Source of the DNA: a virus
Taxonomy: Duplodnaviria; Caudoviricetes
Length of the DNA stretch: 64,000 nt
IMG/VR virus record: IMGVR_UViG_3300032306_000439
Location: 34,639-98,638 of that record
Strand: one strand, 5' to 3'
The position numbers and the translations under genes were made by a program. Shown in pieces: positions 1-8,810 of the stretch. The stretch's first letter is position 1. Every line of letters begins with the position of its first letter. The notes under the pieces are model-generated. The model made no database searches. It was not told where the DNA came from and saw nothing but the letters and a program-made list of their open reading frames with translations.

Positions 1-2
1 TA

Positions 3-146
3 TGGCGTAAGGACTATAGCTTAGGTGGGGATAACCCTACCGTAGCCCTCCTCAACAAGGCCGCTGAAGAGGCTGCGTTAGAGGAGTACAGAGAAGGCAA
101 GCACTGTAGTTGGTGCTCTTACCGCCTGATATGTCCGAGGAGCTAG
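3..146 (+). CDS. 3' end of a Cas4/RecB-like PD-(D/E)XK nuclease (truncated by window start)
   Basis: Frame 3 is open from the window edge and reads ...EEYREGKHCSWCSYRLICPRS*. C-x2-C-x5-C is the C-terminal Fe-S motif of Cas4/AddB-like nucleases. Not in the ORF track. Confidence 0.6.
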   Translation, partial: WRKDYSLGGDNPTVALLNKAAEEAALEEYREGKHCSWCSYRLICPRS

Positions 147-161
147 TAGATTTGGAGGGTT

Positions 162-3100
162 ATGTCGACCTCGGCAAAGACGCGCTCTTTCACGGGAAAG
201 CAGTTCAAAGAGGTATGGAGAGACATCAGCCTTGCTGACTGGCTGGTGGTTGTTTCTGAAGCGCGCCCTGACGGCGGTTGGAAGATCAAGGGAGATAGCA
301 TAGAGGGGCGTTGCCCCTTCCCAAATCACCAGGACTCTAGCCCCTCATTCAACATGAGGCCGGCTAAGGGTATAGCCAAGTGCTACGGCTGCCAGAAGGG
401 CAGCACAAATCCGGTCCACTTCGTTGCCGACATGCGGGGAACGAGCTGGTCAGACGCGCTCCTGTATCTAAGGAGGAAGTTCAACCTTAAGTCTCTCAGT
501 GCTAAGATGACTGACGAGCTTCAGGAACAAGAGCGTCACCTGATTATCAAGTCCTCTCTGGCCGACATGTTCGCCCGGGCGCTGGAGTTCTCTATCCAGG
601 CCTTAGAGAGTGACCCTAACGACCCTGCCTTCCAGTACGCCACTGCGTGCGTCAAGTACTTGGAGGCCCGCAAGATCCCCATGGACTTGACGGTCATAAA
701 GGCTCTGCCTATCGGCATCCTGCCTCCGTTGACCATTATGAAGGCGATGCTGGGCAGCAAGTACTCTATGTGCATGCCTGCCATAGAGAAGTACATAACT
801 GCTGACTATATAGGCAGCTTGGTCTTCGTCTACCACAACACGCCTTTCTCGGTCGGCGGTTTCAAGATAAGGGCAGACTTCCTGCGTAGCGAAGGGCGCA
901 GGGACATTATCTACGTCAAGAACCTAGACGAATCCCCCATCGGGCTCTTCGGGCTTGGTCACTACAAGGCTCTGCTTAGACCTTCTGGTGGTAGCGGCTC
1001 CGACGTGGTCATTGTTGAGGGCGAGTTTGACGCTCTCTCCAACATGGCTAACCAGGTAAAGAGCGGCGGGTCCTACGACGTGGTATTGGCTACTGGCGGT
1101 TCGTCAGAGCAGTACCTTGACCCTCTTCAGGACTTCGGTATCAGCAGGGCTCTGCTTGTTCCCGACGCGCCTGAGCATGGTGGAGACACCATTGCCAAAG
1201 GGTGGCTTACGTCCAACACCCTTCCGATGAAGCTCTTTACTTGGCCCGAAACCGTAAAGGCCAAGGACCCAGACGACGCCATCAAGACGTATGGGTTCGA
1301 TGTATGGAGCCAGCACCTTAACGAGATTGACCCGCAGTCAGGCGACAGGAAGCACTTTTGCTTCCCGCACATCTGGGCCATAGCTGCCCTCAAAGACCGT
1401 CTATCCAAGGTGGACCCTGACGACGTTCGTCGCATCAAGCAGGAGTGCGGAGAGGTTGGCCTGGCCCTAAGAGAGGCCACGGAGCAGAGAGCTTACATAA
1501 GCGCTGCTACTCTAGCTACAGGCCTCATGCCGTCAGACATCCTGTCCATGATTATTGGCAGGGACTCTACAGAGCAGGGGTTTGTCCAGAAGATAATCTT
1601 CGCGCTCAAGCAGGAGTACTCGTTCATAGGCAGCGAGCCGTCGAAGATGGGCGGCACTCGGGTGCAGTTCTGGCACAAAGAGAAGCGCATGATACGTAGC
1701 TGCAACGTAGCCAAGCCTTCGGATATGTTCAGCACGTTCAACGTAGACCTGGGCAACTTCATTGACTGGGTTAGGGACAACGTAGGTACGCCTGACTGGG
1801 CTCAGTACAAGCGGATTGGTAAGGCCACCATCCCGATGAGCCTCATTGAGCAGGAGGCGCTTCTAAAGAAGTACGTTGAGTTTGCTGTCACCGCGCTGCT
1901 TAAAGAGCTTCCTACACTCGACAACCTGACAGAGCTAAAGGCTGGCAGCCACTACTTGGAGCACCGAGTAAATGGAAAGAGCCACAGGCGCTGGGTTGTA
2001 GTTAACGGCAACGACGTCTACCTAGGTATACCTGGCCAGGGTCTAGTGGAGTGGCGCAGGCTTGATGGCCCGAAGTTTGGAGACTACTTCATCAATCTTT
2101 CTCGGCCCAGATGGTCTAACGAAATAAACGAGGCCAAGGACCTGATTGACGGTAACTCCATGGATATCAAGGATGCCTACAACTTCCTTGAGGACATCCT
2201 TAATCGAGGCTGGAAGTTCCAGAACCAGATCGAGGACTGCCAGTACCTGTCCGCCGCCATGATGCTCAACTCGGTGTGCGCCGCTCTGCCCCGGCAGCTA
2301 TACACTATTATTAACGGCACTCGAGGCTCAGGTAAGTCGAGCTTCTTGTCCCTGCTGACTAGCACTAACTACGAGATGAGAGTGCTTGAGGCGTCCTTCG
2401 GTATGGACAGCTACACCGAGGCAGGTTTCCGTAAGGAGATGAACAACTGCTCTCTCGGCGCGGTACTGGACGAGTTTGAGGACACTGGCGGAGACTCCCA
2501 CAGCAGGAACGTGCGGGAGATCCTCAAGGACATTAGAGGCCTTACGTCTAACCCGGAGTGCCGAATCCTCCGTGGCAACGCGGACAACAAGGAGTCCACG
2601 TCGTATACTCTGAAGTGCCAGATATGGGCAGCAGCCATCCAGTACCTGAGAGATGAGGCTGACATAAGCCGCTTCGTTCAGGTGCATACTGTCCTGGCAG
2701 AGGGGCACCCGCCGCCGCGCATCACGCTTGGGCAGAGGTACACGGAAGAAGACTTTACCAGGGCTCGCCGCACAATAACACTTGGGCTGTTCAGGCACGT
2801 CCCCGCCCTGCTAGACGAGGTTAAGAGCCTGCGTGACAAGTACTCGAACCCTGCAGTGATGCAGGAGCTGGCCAAGCTGGCGGGGACCGAGGTGCCCTCT
2901 AGATACCTGGACGGCGTAATCATACCCGCTGCCCTCATGTCTCTCTGTGGGCGTGACCCAGTAGAGTTCATTAACAGGTTTGTAGTCGCTAAGTCGGAAG
3001 GCCTTAAGAGAGTTGTTCAGTCAACCCACACTCACTCTCTGTTCGACCACCTCATGTCGGCACAGTTTGAGTTTAAGCCTACTTCTGACGCGGATGTCAG

Positions 3101-3476
3101 GTACACCAACCTGAGAAACTTGCTGAGCTCGTCTACCGACAGGCCCTTGATAAACAACACTAACACTGGGGCTAGGTACGCTGAGTTCATGTCTCCCGTC
3201 ACTGGAGAGCCTTGCCGGTGGCTTATAATCGTGTGGTCTGACGCAATGCTGAACCTGCTCAAGGGAGTAGGCAGCTACAGGTACGAGACTCCGTTGAGAC
3301 TTAAGCAGATGTCAGACTCAGACTCTTCCATGACTGTGCCTAACAGAGCGCTGAATCTAATACCTGGAGGCATAAAGAATTACCTGAGGATAGGCGTAAA
3401 TCTAAACGACGTGACGGTCTATGACCTCACCAGCTACATCGCACAGTGGGATAATCCAAAAACGGAACTAGTATGA
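162..3476 (+). CDS. DNA primase-helicase fusion (CHC2 Zn finger, TOPRIM, C-terminal P-loop ATPase)
   Basis: CPFPNH...CYGC zinc finger; VEGEFD and DPDD TOPRIM motifs; GTRGSGKS Walker A and VLDEFE Walker B; GGAGG RBS. Confidence 0.88.
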   Translation: MSTSAKTRSFTGKQFKEVWRDISLADWLVVVSEARPDGGWKIKGDSIEGRCPFPNHQDSSPSFNMRPAKGIAKCYGCQKGSTNPVHFVADMRGTSWSDALLYLRRKFNLKSLSAKMTDELQEQERHLIIKSSLADMFARALEFSIQALESDPNDPAFQYATACVKYLEARKIPMDLTVIKALPIGILPPLTIMKAMLGSKYSMCMPAIEKYITADYIGSLVFVYHNTPFSVGGFKIRADFLRSEGRRDIIYVKNLDESPIGLFGLGHYKALLRPSGGSGSDVVIVEGEFDALSNMANQVKSGGSYDVVLATGGSSEQYLDPLQDFGISRALLVPDAPEHGGDTIAKGWLTSNTLPMKLFTWPETVKAKDPDDAIKTYGFDVWSQHLNEIDPQSGDRKHFCFPHIWAIAALKDRLSKVDPDDVRRIKQECGEVGLALREATEQRAYISAATLATGLMPSDILSMIIGRDSTEQGFVQKIIFALKQEYSFIGSEPSKMGGTRVQFWHKEKRMIRSCNVAKPSDMFSTFNVDLGNFIDWVRDNVGTPDWAQYKRIGKATIPMSLIEQEALLKKYVEFAVTALLKELPTLDNLTELKAGSHYLEHRVNGKSHRRWVVVNGNDVYLGIPGQGLVEWRRLDGPKFGDYFINLSRPRWSNEINEAKDLIDGNSMDIKDAYNFLEDILNRGWKFQNQIEDCQYLSAAMMLNSVCAALPRQLYTIINGTRGSGKSSFLSLLTSTNYEMRVLEASFGMDSYTEAGFRKEMNNCSLGAVLDEFEDTGGDSHSRNVREILKDIRGLTSNPECRILRGNADNKESTSYTLKCQIWAAAIQYLRDEADISRFVQVHTVLAEGHPPPRITLGQRYTEEDFTRARRTITLGLFRHVPALLDEVKSLRDKYSNPAVMQELAKLAGTEVPSRYLDGVIIPAALMSLCGRDPVEFINRFVVAKSEGLKRVVQSTHTHSLFDHLMSAQFEFKPTSDADVRYTNLRNLLSSSTDRPLINNTNTGARYAEFMSPVTGEPCRWLIIVWSDAMLNLLKGVGSYRYETPLRLKQMSDSDSSMTVPNRALNLIPGGIKNYLRIGVNLNDVTVYDLTSYIAQWDNPKTELV

Positions 3477-6400
3477 AACCAGCCGCGTGCGCGACCTGTC
3501 CGCTGTATGGCAATGCGATGGCTGCCACAGTTAGCTCAGCTAACGTGTCTGTCTTGTTTCTCCTTGGGTCTCCGTATGAGTCGATGGGTACCAATAGAGC
3601 GTCCTTGACGTTCTCTGACAGGGCCAGCGACATTATCAAGAGGGCCGTAAGAGACCTGGCTACTGAGGAGCAGGCGTCGCTTCCTTTGTCACTCGTGCAT
3701 CCTATGGCAGAGCTGAGGAGAAGCATGAGCTTCTTGTATGCTGTGCAGTGCCTTGGGTGCGACAACACTAACAAGATAATCGAGACTTGCGCCGAGAAGT
3801 TCACCCATCACACTATCTACACCAGAAAGCCCTCTGTGATAGTGGCCATGGGCTCAGTGGCTCTTAAGAGCCTTGGGCTGCACGGAGGCATAAAGAACCT
3901 GCGTGGGTGCGTGGTCAAGGCTAAGATCTGCGGCGAAGAGTTCACCGTAGTGCCTACGATTAGCCCTCTCAATCTTCTTGGAGACGACGCAGGTCTATAC
4001 TCCATTATGAAGAATGACATAGCTAGAGCGGCTAAGGTAGCCTTCGAGACTGGGTACAGAGAGACCGATATCCCAGAGCTGACAAAGGGATACTCGTACC
4101 CTAACACTATCCCGGAGCTGGCTAAGCTTGCAGATGAGTACGCTAACTACTCATTCAATGGGCAGCCTCCTGAAAACTCAATGATGTCGCTCGACACGGA
4201 GACCAATACACTAAAGCCTTGGTCTTCCACCGCTCGAGTGATCATGCTGTCCGCTGCTGTGGCCCCAGGTAAATCCACGGCCATATTCCTAGAGCACGTA
4301 AAGGCGCCTTATGATTGGCGCAAAGCTCTGCCCTACGCTCTCAAGATCACCATGTCAGACAACCCGAAGGCATGGTGGAACTACAAGTTTGACTATCAGA
4401 TGTTCAAGTTCTGTCTCATGCCCAAGCTAAGTCAGCTGTGCAGCAGCCAGAAGTACAAGACAGACTTGGAGAGGATAGTAGGCAAGAGCCTAGAGGACAT
4501 ACTCAAAGTCAGCGGCATCAACAATACCAAGTGGGACGGACTCCTAGGTGAGCACATGCTAGACGAGGACAAGAAGGGCTACTACAGCTTGAAGACTGTG
4601 GTGTCCGACTACGTCCCAGAGTTCTCTGGCTATGAGGACAAGCTAAAAGAAGAGTTCAAGAAGGCGCAGGAGAACAAGCTCCTTAGCTCGGTCACGGAGT
4701 TCAAAGACCCCGTTGTCGTGCCAGTGTTTGGCATAGATGAAGAGGAACTTCCCTTCAAGATGCCGGCAGCGCCCAAGACCTGCTCGGAGTTGCTTGCTTA
4801 CGCAGAGGACAAGGTCGAGAAGATAGCTGAGCTGAGGAAGGCACAGGTAAAGAAGAACTACCCTAACCTTACCTCGGCTGAGATAGCCGCCAAGAAGCTT
4901 ATCCTAAAGACCAAAGAGAATAGGCTAGCCGAGTGGATAAAGAGGGAGAAGGCGGAGGTCAAGCACTACGAGAGGTTCCTGCAGGACTACGTCTCTGACG
5001 GTCGGCTCAGCTATGAGGAGAGCTCCGACAAGGAAGACGTTGTTACCTACGAGGACTTGGACCCCAACGTCCTTCAGCAGTACGCTGCAATCGACGCAGA
5101 CGTAACCTTCCAGATCTGCCGCAGACAGAGAATCAACGCCAACAAAGAGGACAAGAAGACCTCAGACCTTGGCGTCCAGAAGCTGCTAACCCTCATGGGC
5201 AGACACTACCTGCCGCTAACCGAGGCACTGTCTAACATGCAGTCCGAGGGCGTGTGGGTAGACAAGCAGTACCTGGAAGGCCTTCACGTAAGTATCAAGG
5301 AAAGCTCAGACAAGATAGAGCAGGAGATAAGAGAGACTCTTGCCCTAGACCTTGGCATAGACTCCTCCAAGGAGTCCTTGGTACTCAACAATCCAAAGAC
5401 GCTGGCTAATATCTTTGTGGCCTACTATGGCCTGCCTGTCATCAAGAAGACAGACAAGGGTTTCTCGTCAGTAGATGAGGACACTCTACAGGCCTATGCC
5501 GATATGGGCAACGATATAGCCAAGAAGGTTCTCGTATGGAGAAAGCTAGGAAAGGCTAAGTCGACATACGTGGATAGCTTCTTGGAGCTAAGCTCTGAGG
5601 ACGGAAAGATACACGGCAACATCCACATCAATGGCACGTCCACCGGACGCTGCAGCTCCTCTAATCCAAACCTGCAGAACACTCCTCACACGCTGGGCGA
5701 CACCAACATCAAGAAGTCGTTCATACCTACTCCCATTCATGAGGATTCTTGGTGGGAGTCGGAGAGCAACAGAGCTCAGGCGGAGGAGTTCGGCTGGATA
5801 AAGGGAGACCGCCTAGTATGGGCTGACCTAGACTTCTCTGGGGCTGAGGTCCGAGTTCTTACCAGGTATGCCCCTGACCAAAGCTTGATAGAGGCCCTAG
5901 TAGAAGGCCTGGATGTTCACTCGTGGATGACTTCAGAGATCCACGGCTTGGACTATGCCAAGGTAAACACAGAGAGGGCCGTAAAAGGCTCCACTATGGA
6001 GTCTCTTAGGTCGGACACTAAGAAGGTAGTGTTCGGCACTCTGTACGGAATCACTGCGCACGGCCTAAATGCTCGCATGGGGTTCACTGAGGAGAGAGCT
6101 CAGGAAATCATTGATAAGCTGATGCAGCGCTTTCCTGATATCCAAACCTACATCGAGAACACCAAGAGAGAAATCAGCGCCAAGGGATTTGTAGTTACTC
6201 CATACGGGAGGTTCAGGCGATTCCCCATGGCAAAGGTCGGCAGGTGGATGGAGGGTAGGAACCACCGTCAGGGTGTAAACTTCCTAATCCAGTCCTACTG
6301 CAGTGACATTGTGATGAGCTGCCTAAAGAACATAGCAGCTACCCGCAAAGAGGTAAGCCTAAGACTACTGCTGACGGTGCATGACTCGATCTGCTTCGAG

Positions 6401-6571
6401 ATGCCACTAAGGCTTGTTAAGGACTTGCCGGATTACTTGAGCAAGGCAGTAGAAGGGCACATCAAAACAGTGTTCCCTGATATGCCTGTAACCATGCCTT
6501 ACGACGTTACTGTCGGGTTCTCCTACGGAGAGACAAAGGACATTAAAAAGTTCGTCCAAAATATGGTATGA
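3473..6571 (+). CDS. polA: Family A DNA polymerase with N-terminal UDG-like domain and 3'-5' exonuclease
   Basis: SLDTET ExoI, YAAIDAD ExoIII, TGRCSSSNPNLQN, motif A DFSGAEVR, motif B RSDTKKVVFGTLYG, motif C TVHDS. N-terminal CATCPL and KPSVIVAMGSVA resemble family-4 UDG. Confidence 0.93.
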   Translation: MKPAACATCPLYGNAMAATVSSANVSVLFLLGSPYESMGTNRASLTFSDRASDIIKRAVRDLATEEQASLPLSLVHPMAELRRSMSFLYAVQCLGCDNTNKIIETCAEKFTHHTIYTRKPSVIVAMGSVALKSLGLHGGIKNLRGCVVKAKICGEEFTVVPTISPLNLLGDDAGLYSIMKNDIARAAKVAFETGYRETDIPELTKGYSYPNTIPELAKLADEYANYSFNGQPPENSMMSLDTETNTLKPWSSTARVIMLSAAVAPGKSTAIFLEHVKAPYDWRKALPYALKITMSDNPKAWWNYKFDYQMFKFCLMPKLSQLCSSQKYKTDLERIVGKSLEDILKVSGINNTKWDGLLGEHMLDEDKKGYYSLKTVVSDYVPEFSGYEDKLKEEFKKAQENKLLSSVTEFKDPVVVPVFGIDEEELPFKMPAAPKTCSELLAYAEDKVEKIAELRKAQVKKNYPNLTSAEIAAKKLILKTKENRLAEWIKREKAEVKHYERFLQDYVSDGRLSYEESSDKEDVVTYEDLDPNVLQQYAAIDADVTFQICRRQRINANKEDKKTSDLGVQKLLTLMGRHYLPLTEALSNMQSEGVWVDKQYLEGLHVSIKESSDKIEQEIRETLALDLGIDSSKESLVLNNPKTLANIFVAYYGLPVIKKTDKGFSSVDEDTLQAYADMGNDIAKKVLVWRKLGKAKSTYVDSFLELSSEDGKIHGNIHINGTSTGRCSSSNPNLQNTPHTLGDTNIKKSFIPTPIHEDSWWESESNRAQAEEFGWIKGDRLVWADLDFSGAEVRVLTRYAPDQSLIEALVEGLDVHSWMTSEIHGLDYAKVNTERAVKGSTMESLRSDTKKVVFGTLYGITAHGLNARMGFTEERAQEIIDKLMQRFPDIQTYIENTKREISAKGFVVTPYGRFRRFPMAKVGRWMEGRNHRQGVNFLIQSYCSDIVMSCLKNIAATRKEVSLRLLLTVHDSICFEMPLRLVKDLPDYLSKAVEGHIKTVFPDMPVTMPYDVTVGFSYGETKDIKKFVQNMV

Positions 6572-6579
6572 GTAAGCAC

Positions 6580-6723
6580 GCTGACATTTAGCAGATGAAC
6601 TAATTAGTTCAGAAGCAGTTACTGCTTCAGAGTAACGAACACCCCTAGCCGTCCTTCGGACGCCTAGGAGGTGAGCAACTTCTTCCACGAGACCGCCAGG
6701 CAGAGAAATTCGTGCTAGTCAGC
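6580..6723 (+). ncRNA. Retron msr-msd-like RNA, array unit 1
   Basis: GCTGAC(att)TAGCA 6580-6593 pairs with TGCTAGTCAGC 6713-6723; unpaired G6594 opposite G6712; hairpins 6612-6628 (G-TTA-C loop) and 6640-6673; AAATTCG 6706-6712. Confidence 0.65.
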
Positions 6724-6834
6724 AAACAAGAGTCGAATGCGGAGAAACTCCGCAGTGGTACTTTCGGCGCTACGCGCCGTAGCAACAAGCCCGTCCGCCG
6801 GAGGAGCTCGGACATGGGAAAATACGTGACTAGC
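6714..6834 (+). ncRNA. Retron msr-msd-like RNA, array unit 2
   Basis: GCTAGTCA 6714-6721 / TGACTAGC 6827-6834; G6722 opposite G6826; hairpins 6738-6754 (G-AAA-C), 6765-6779, 6790-6818; AAATACG 6820-6826. Confidence 0.72.
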
Positions 6835-6948
6835 TAGCATATAAGTTTAGGCTGGCGATACGCCAGCAACGTTATTGACTGACCGGGCTGCGCCCGTTCA
6901 GCCTCGAGATGACCAGGACATCCGGTCAAATATAAATTCGTAGCTAGT
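6829..6948 (+). ncRNA. Retron msr-msd-like RNA, array unit 3
   Basis: ACTAGCTA 6829-6836 / TAGCTAGT 6941-6948; G6837 opposite G6940; hairpins 6851-6867 (G-ATA-C), 6879-6901, 6910-6928; AAATTCG 6934-6940. Confidence 0.72.
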
Positions 6949-6952
6949 AGTT

Positions 6953-7102
6953 AGTGAAGACAGCAGATAAAAGTTAAAGGGCAAGCTACTTGCTCTACGT
7001 ACTTAACTACTCAGCAGGCCCTCGGGCCTTCGGCCCTCGGCTGAGTAGAATTAGGCGCTCACCAATCATCAGCTAATGTGGAATAAAATTCGTGCTGTCA
7101 CT
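6953..7102 (+). ncRNA. Retron msr-msd-like RNA, array unit 4
   Basis: GACAGCA 6959-6965 / TGCTGTC 7093-7099 (extendable by AGT/ACT); G6966 opposite G7092; hairpins 6978-6996 (G-CTA-C) and 7007-7048; AAATTCG 7086-7092. Confidence 0.65.
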
Positions 7103-8687
7103 TACCGTAGAACGTCAGGTTGTTAGACTTTATCCTACCAGCTATCCAAGCAAAGACTTGGGCATGTAGGGCATCGTCTGGGCAAGAGGGTTCATGCCTC
7201 CACACTCTCTTTCCCATGGCAGTTACTTCTTCGTAGACGTTCATAACGTCGTCGAAGGCAGGCATGGATATCTTCTGGGTTGGATACTCCATCTGGCCAT
7301 GCTTAACCTCCATGAGGAAGTTGTCTATCATGGTGGTTCTGTCAACTAAATAACGGTCCCGACCATTCCATCTAAACGGAGGAGCGTCTCCCTCGGAAGA
7401 CCCGTACTGCACGGCCCACACTCGGTTGTCGCCGTAAAGCTGGCGTAGCTGAGCGTTTGCCATGTGACCCTCTCCAGCATCGCAGACTATGAGAGATACT
7501 GAGTGCAAGGCCATCACTCGGGCTATCTCCTTGACCGTTACGATTGGGTTCTCTTGCTGGAATATTCGGTACCACAAGCATCTATACCTACCCCCAGCAT
7601 TGACACCCCAGATCCAAGCGGCTGTTCTGCTGTGCCCTGACGTACCACCTCCTGACCAGTCAACTCCTCCAACAACATGAACAGAGGAGTGCTTAATGGC
7701 CCCAGAAGGCTTCTCGTCAAAGGAGTAGTCAGCGCAGGATGACAACAGCTCGTCTAGTGCTATAAACCTAGCGCCTACAGAGTCAGAGATGCCGAGAACC
7801 TCGTTCTTAAACTGCGAGTCTCCGTACTTCTCTAGCTTGGTTCTTATTCTTCCCCAGCGCTCTGGATTGTCATTGTTCTGGGGTAAGATAATCTGTGGGA
7901 TATGGAATGACTTGATACGCTGATTTGCTGGGTCAGCGGGGTCAAGGTTCTCGGGTATAGGGTTCATGTCCACCCATACTCCGTTACGTGGATCCACATT
8001 CTTTTTACACTTCAGGCATACAGGTCCAGTGTTGCCTATGCCTGCATCAGAAATGTAAAAAGAATAGGAGTTACATCCAGAGCATTTGATGCACCACTCT
8101 CCCTGAGTAGACTGTCTCCAAAGAAACTCTATGGTGTTCTCCATGGTCTTTGGGGTGCCAGTGTAGGACATAAATCCGTAAGGAGAGTTAGCTGAGCATT
8201 CGGCAATGACAGGAATGACTTCGTCGTATAGAATGTCCTGTATCTCGTCGAAGTTAATCCTGTCTGCCGTATAGCCGCGAGCTCTGTCAGGATTGTCAGA
8301 GGCGTAGCTGAAGATAAGCTCAGAGCCATTCTTCAGGATCTTCAAGAATACGTTGTCCGGGGCTGACGGAGACAAGAAGTTGTCTCTGATCAACGGACTG
8401 TGCTGAATCATCTTAGCTATTCTCGTATTGGAGAAAGCGCTGGTCTGCTTCAGGGTCGGAGATATGTACATGGTCTTGAAGAAAGGAGTTGAAACAACAT
8501 CTGCTAGGGTAAAGGCCGCAGCAGATATAGACTTTCCGACCTGACGACCGCACTTCAGTAAGGTGTTCTTCCACATGCCCCTGTAGTAAGCATCGTACAT
8601 AGGGTAGTCGTGTAGGGAGAACTGGTTTCCGTCAAGAAATAGGACGCTCTCAGCGAGCGAGCGTCTGTCTGTAGAGATCAGGGTCAT
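7098..8687 (-). CDS. terL: Terminase large subunit (gpA-like, with Zn finger)
   Basis: CGRQVGKS Walker A, INFDEIQD Walker B, CSGC..CLKC, GVDW and PDDALHA nuclease motifs. Start reassigned to MTLISTD (8687) because the ORF-track extension to 9407 is the antisense of the AAA gene. Confidence 0.9.
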   Translation of the reverse strand: MTLISTDRRSLAESVLFLDGNQFSLHDYPMYDAYYRGMWKNTLLKCGRQVGKSISAAAFTLADVVSTPFFKTMYISPTLKQTSAFSNTRIAKMIQHSPLIRDNFLSPSAPDNVFLKILKNGSELIFSYASDNPDRARGYTADRINFDEIQDILYDEVIPVIAECSANSPYGFMSYTGTPKTMENTIEFLWRQSTQGEWCIKCSGCNSYSFYISDAGIGNTGPVCLKCKKNVDPRNGVWVDMNPIPENLDPADPANQRIKSFHIPQIILPQNNDNPERWGRIRTKLEKYGDSQFKNEVLGISDSVGARFIALDELLSSCADYSFDEKPSGAIKHSSVHVVGGVDWSGGGTSGHSRTAAWIWGVNAGGRYRCLWYRIFQQENPIVTVKEIARVMALHSVSLIVCDAGEGHMANAQLRQLYGDNRVWAVQYGSSEGDAPPFRWNGRDRYLVDRTTMIDNFLMEVKHGQMEYPTQKISMPAFDDVMNVYEEVTAMGKRVWRHEPSCPDDALHAQVFAWIAGRIKSNNLTFYGK

Positions 8688-8810
8688 ATGAGATCCGGAT
8701 GTTTGTGGCTGAGTATTCTTTTCATAATCATAGGCGTGGCTTTTCCAAAAGTTACGGCTGTGATTCTTGCCGGCGCATGGTACACCGTCATGCGCCTTTT
8801 GGGGTAGATA

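Noticed and set aside
4650-5060. Intein in the polymerase insertion
   Set aside because: No Cys/Ser start with His-Asn end and no LAGLIDADG motif.
6580-7102. CRISPR array, iteron origin or bidirectional terminator
   Set aside because: The shared motif is only about 8-13 nt, the intervening sequences are structured with covarying stems, there is no cas operon, and the hairpins lack U-tracts. An origin role is not formally excluded.
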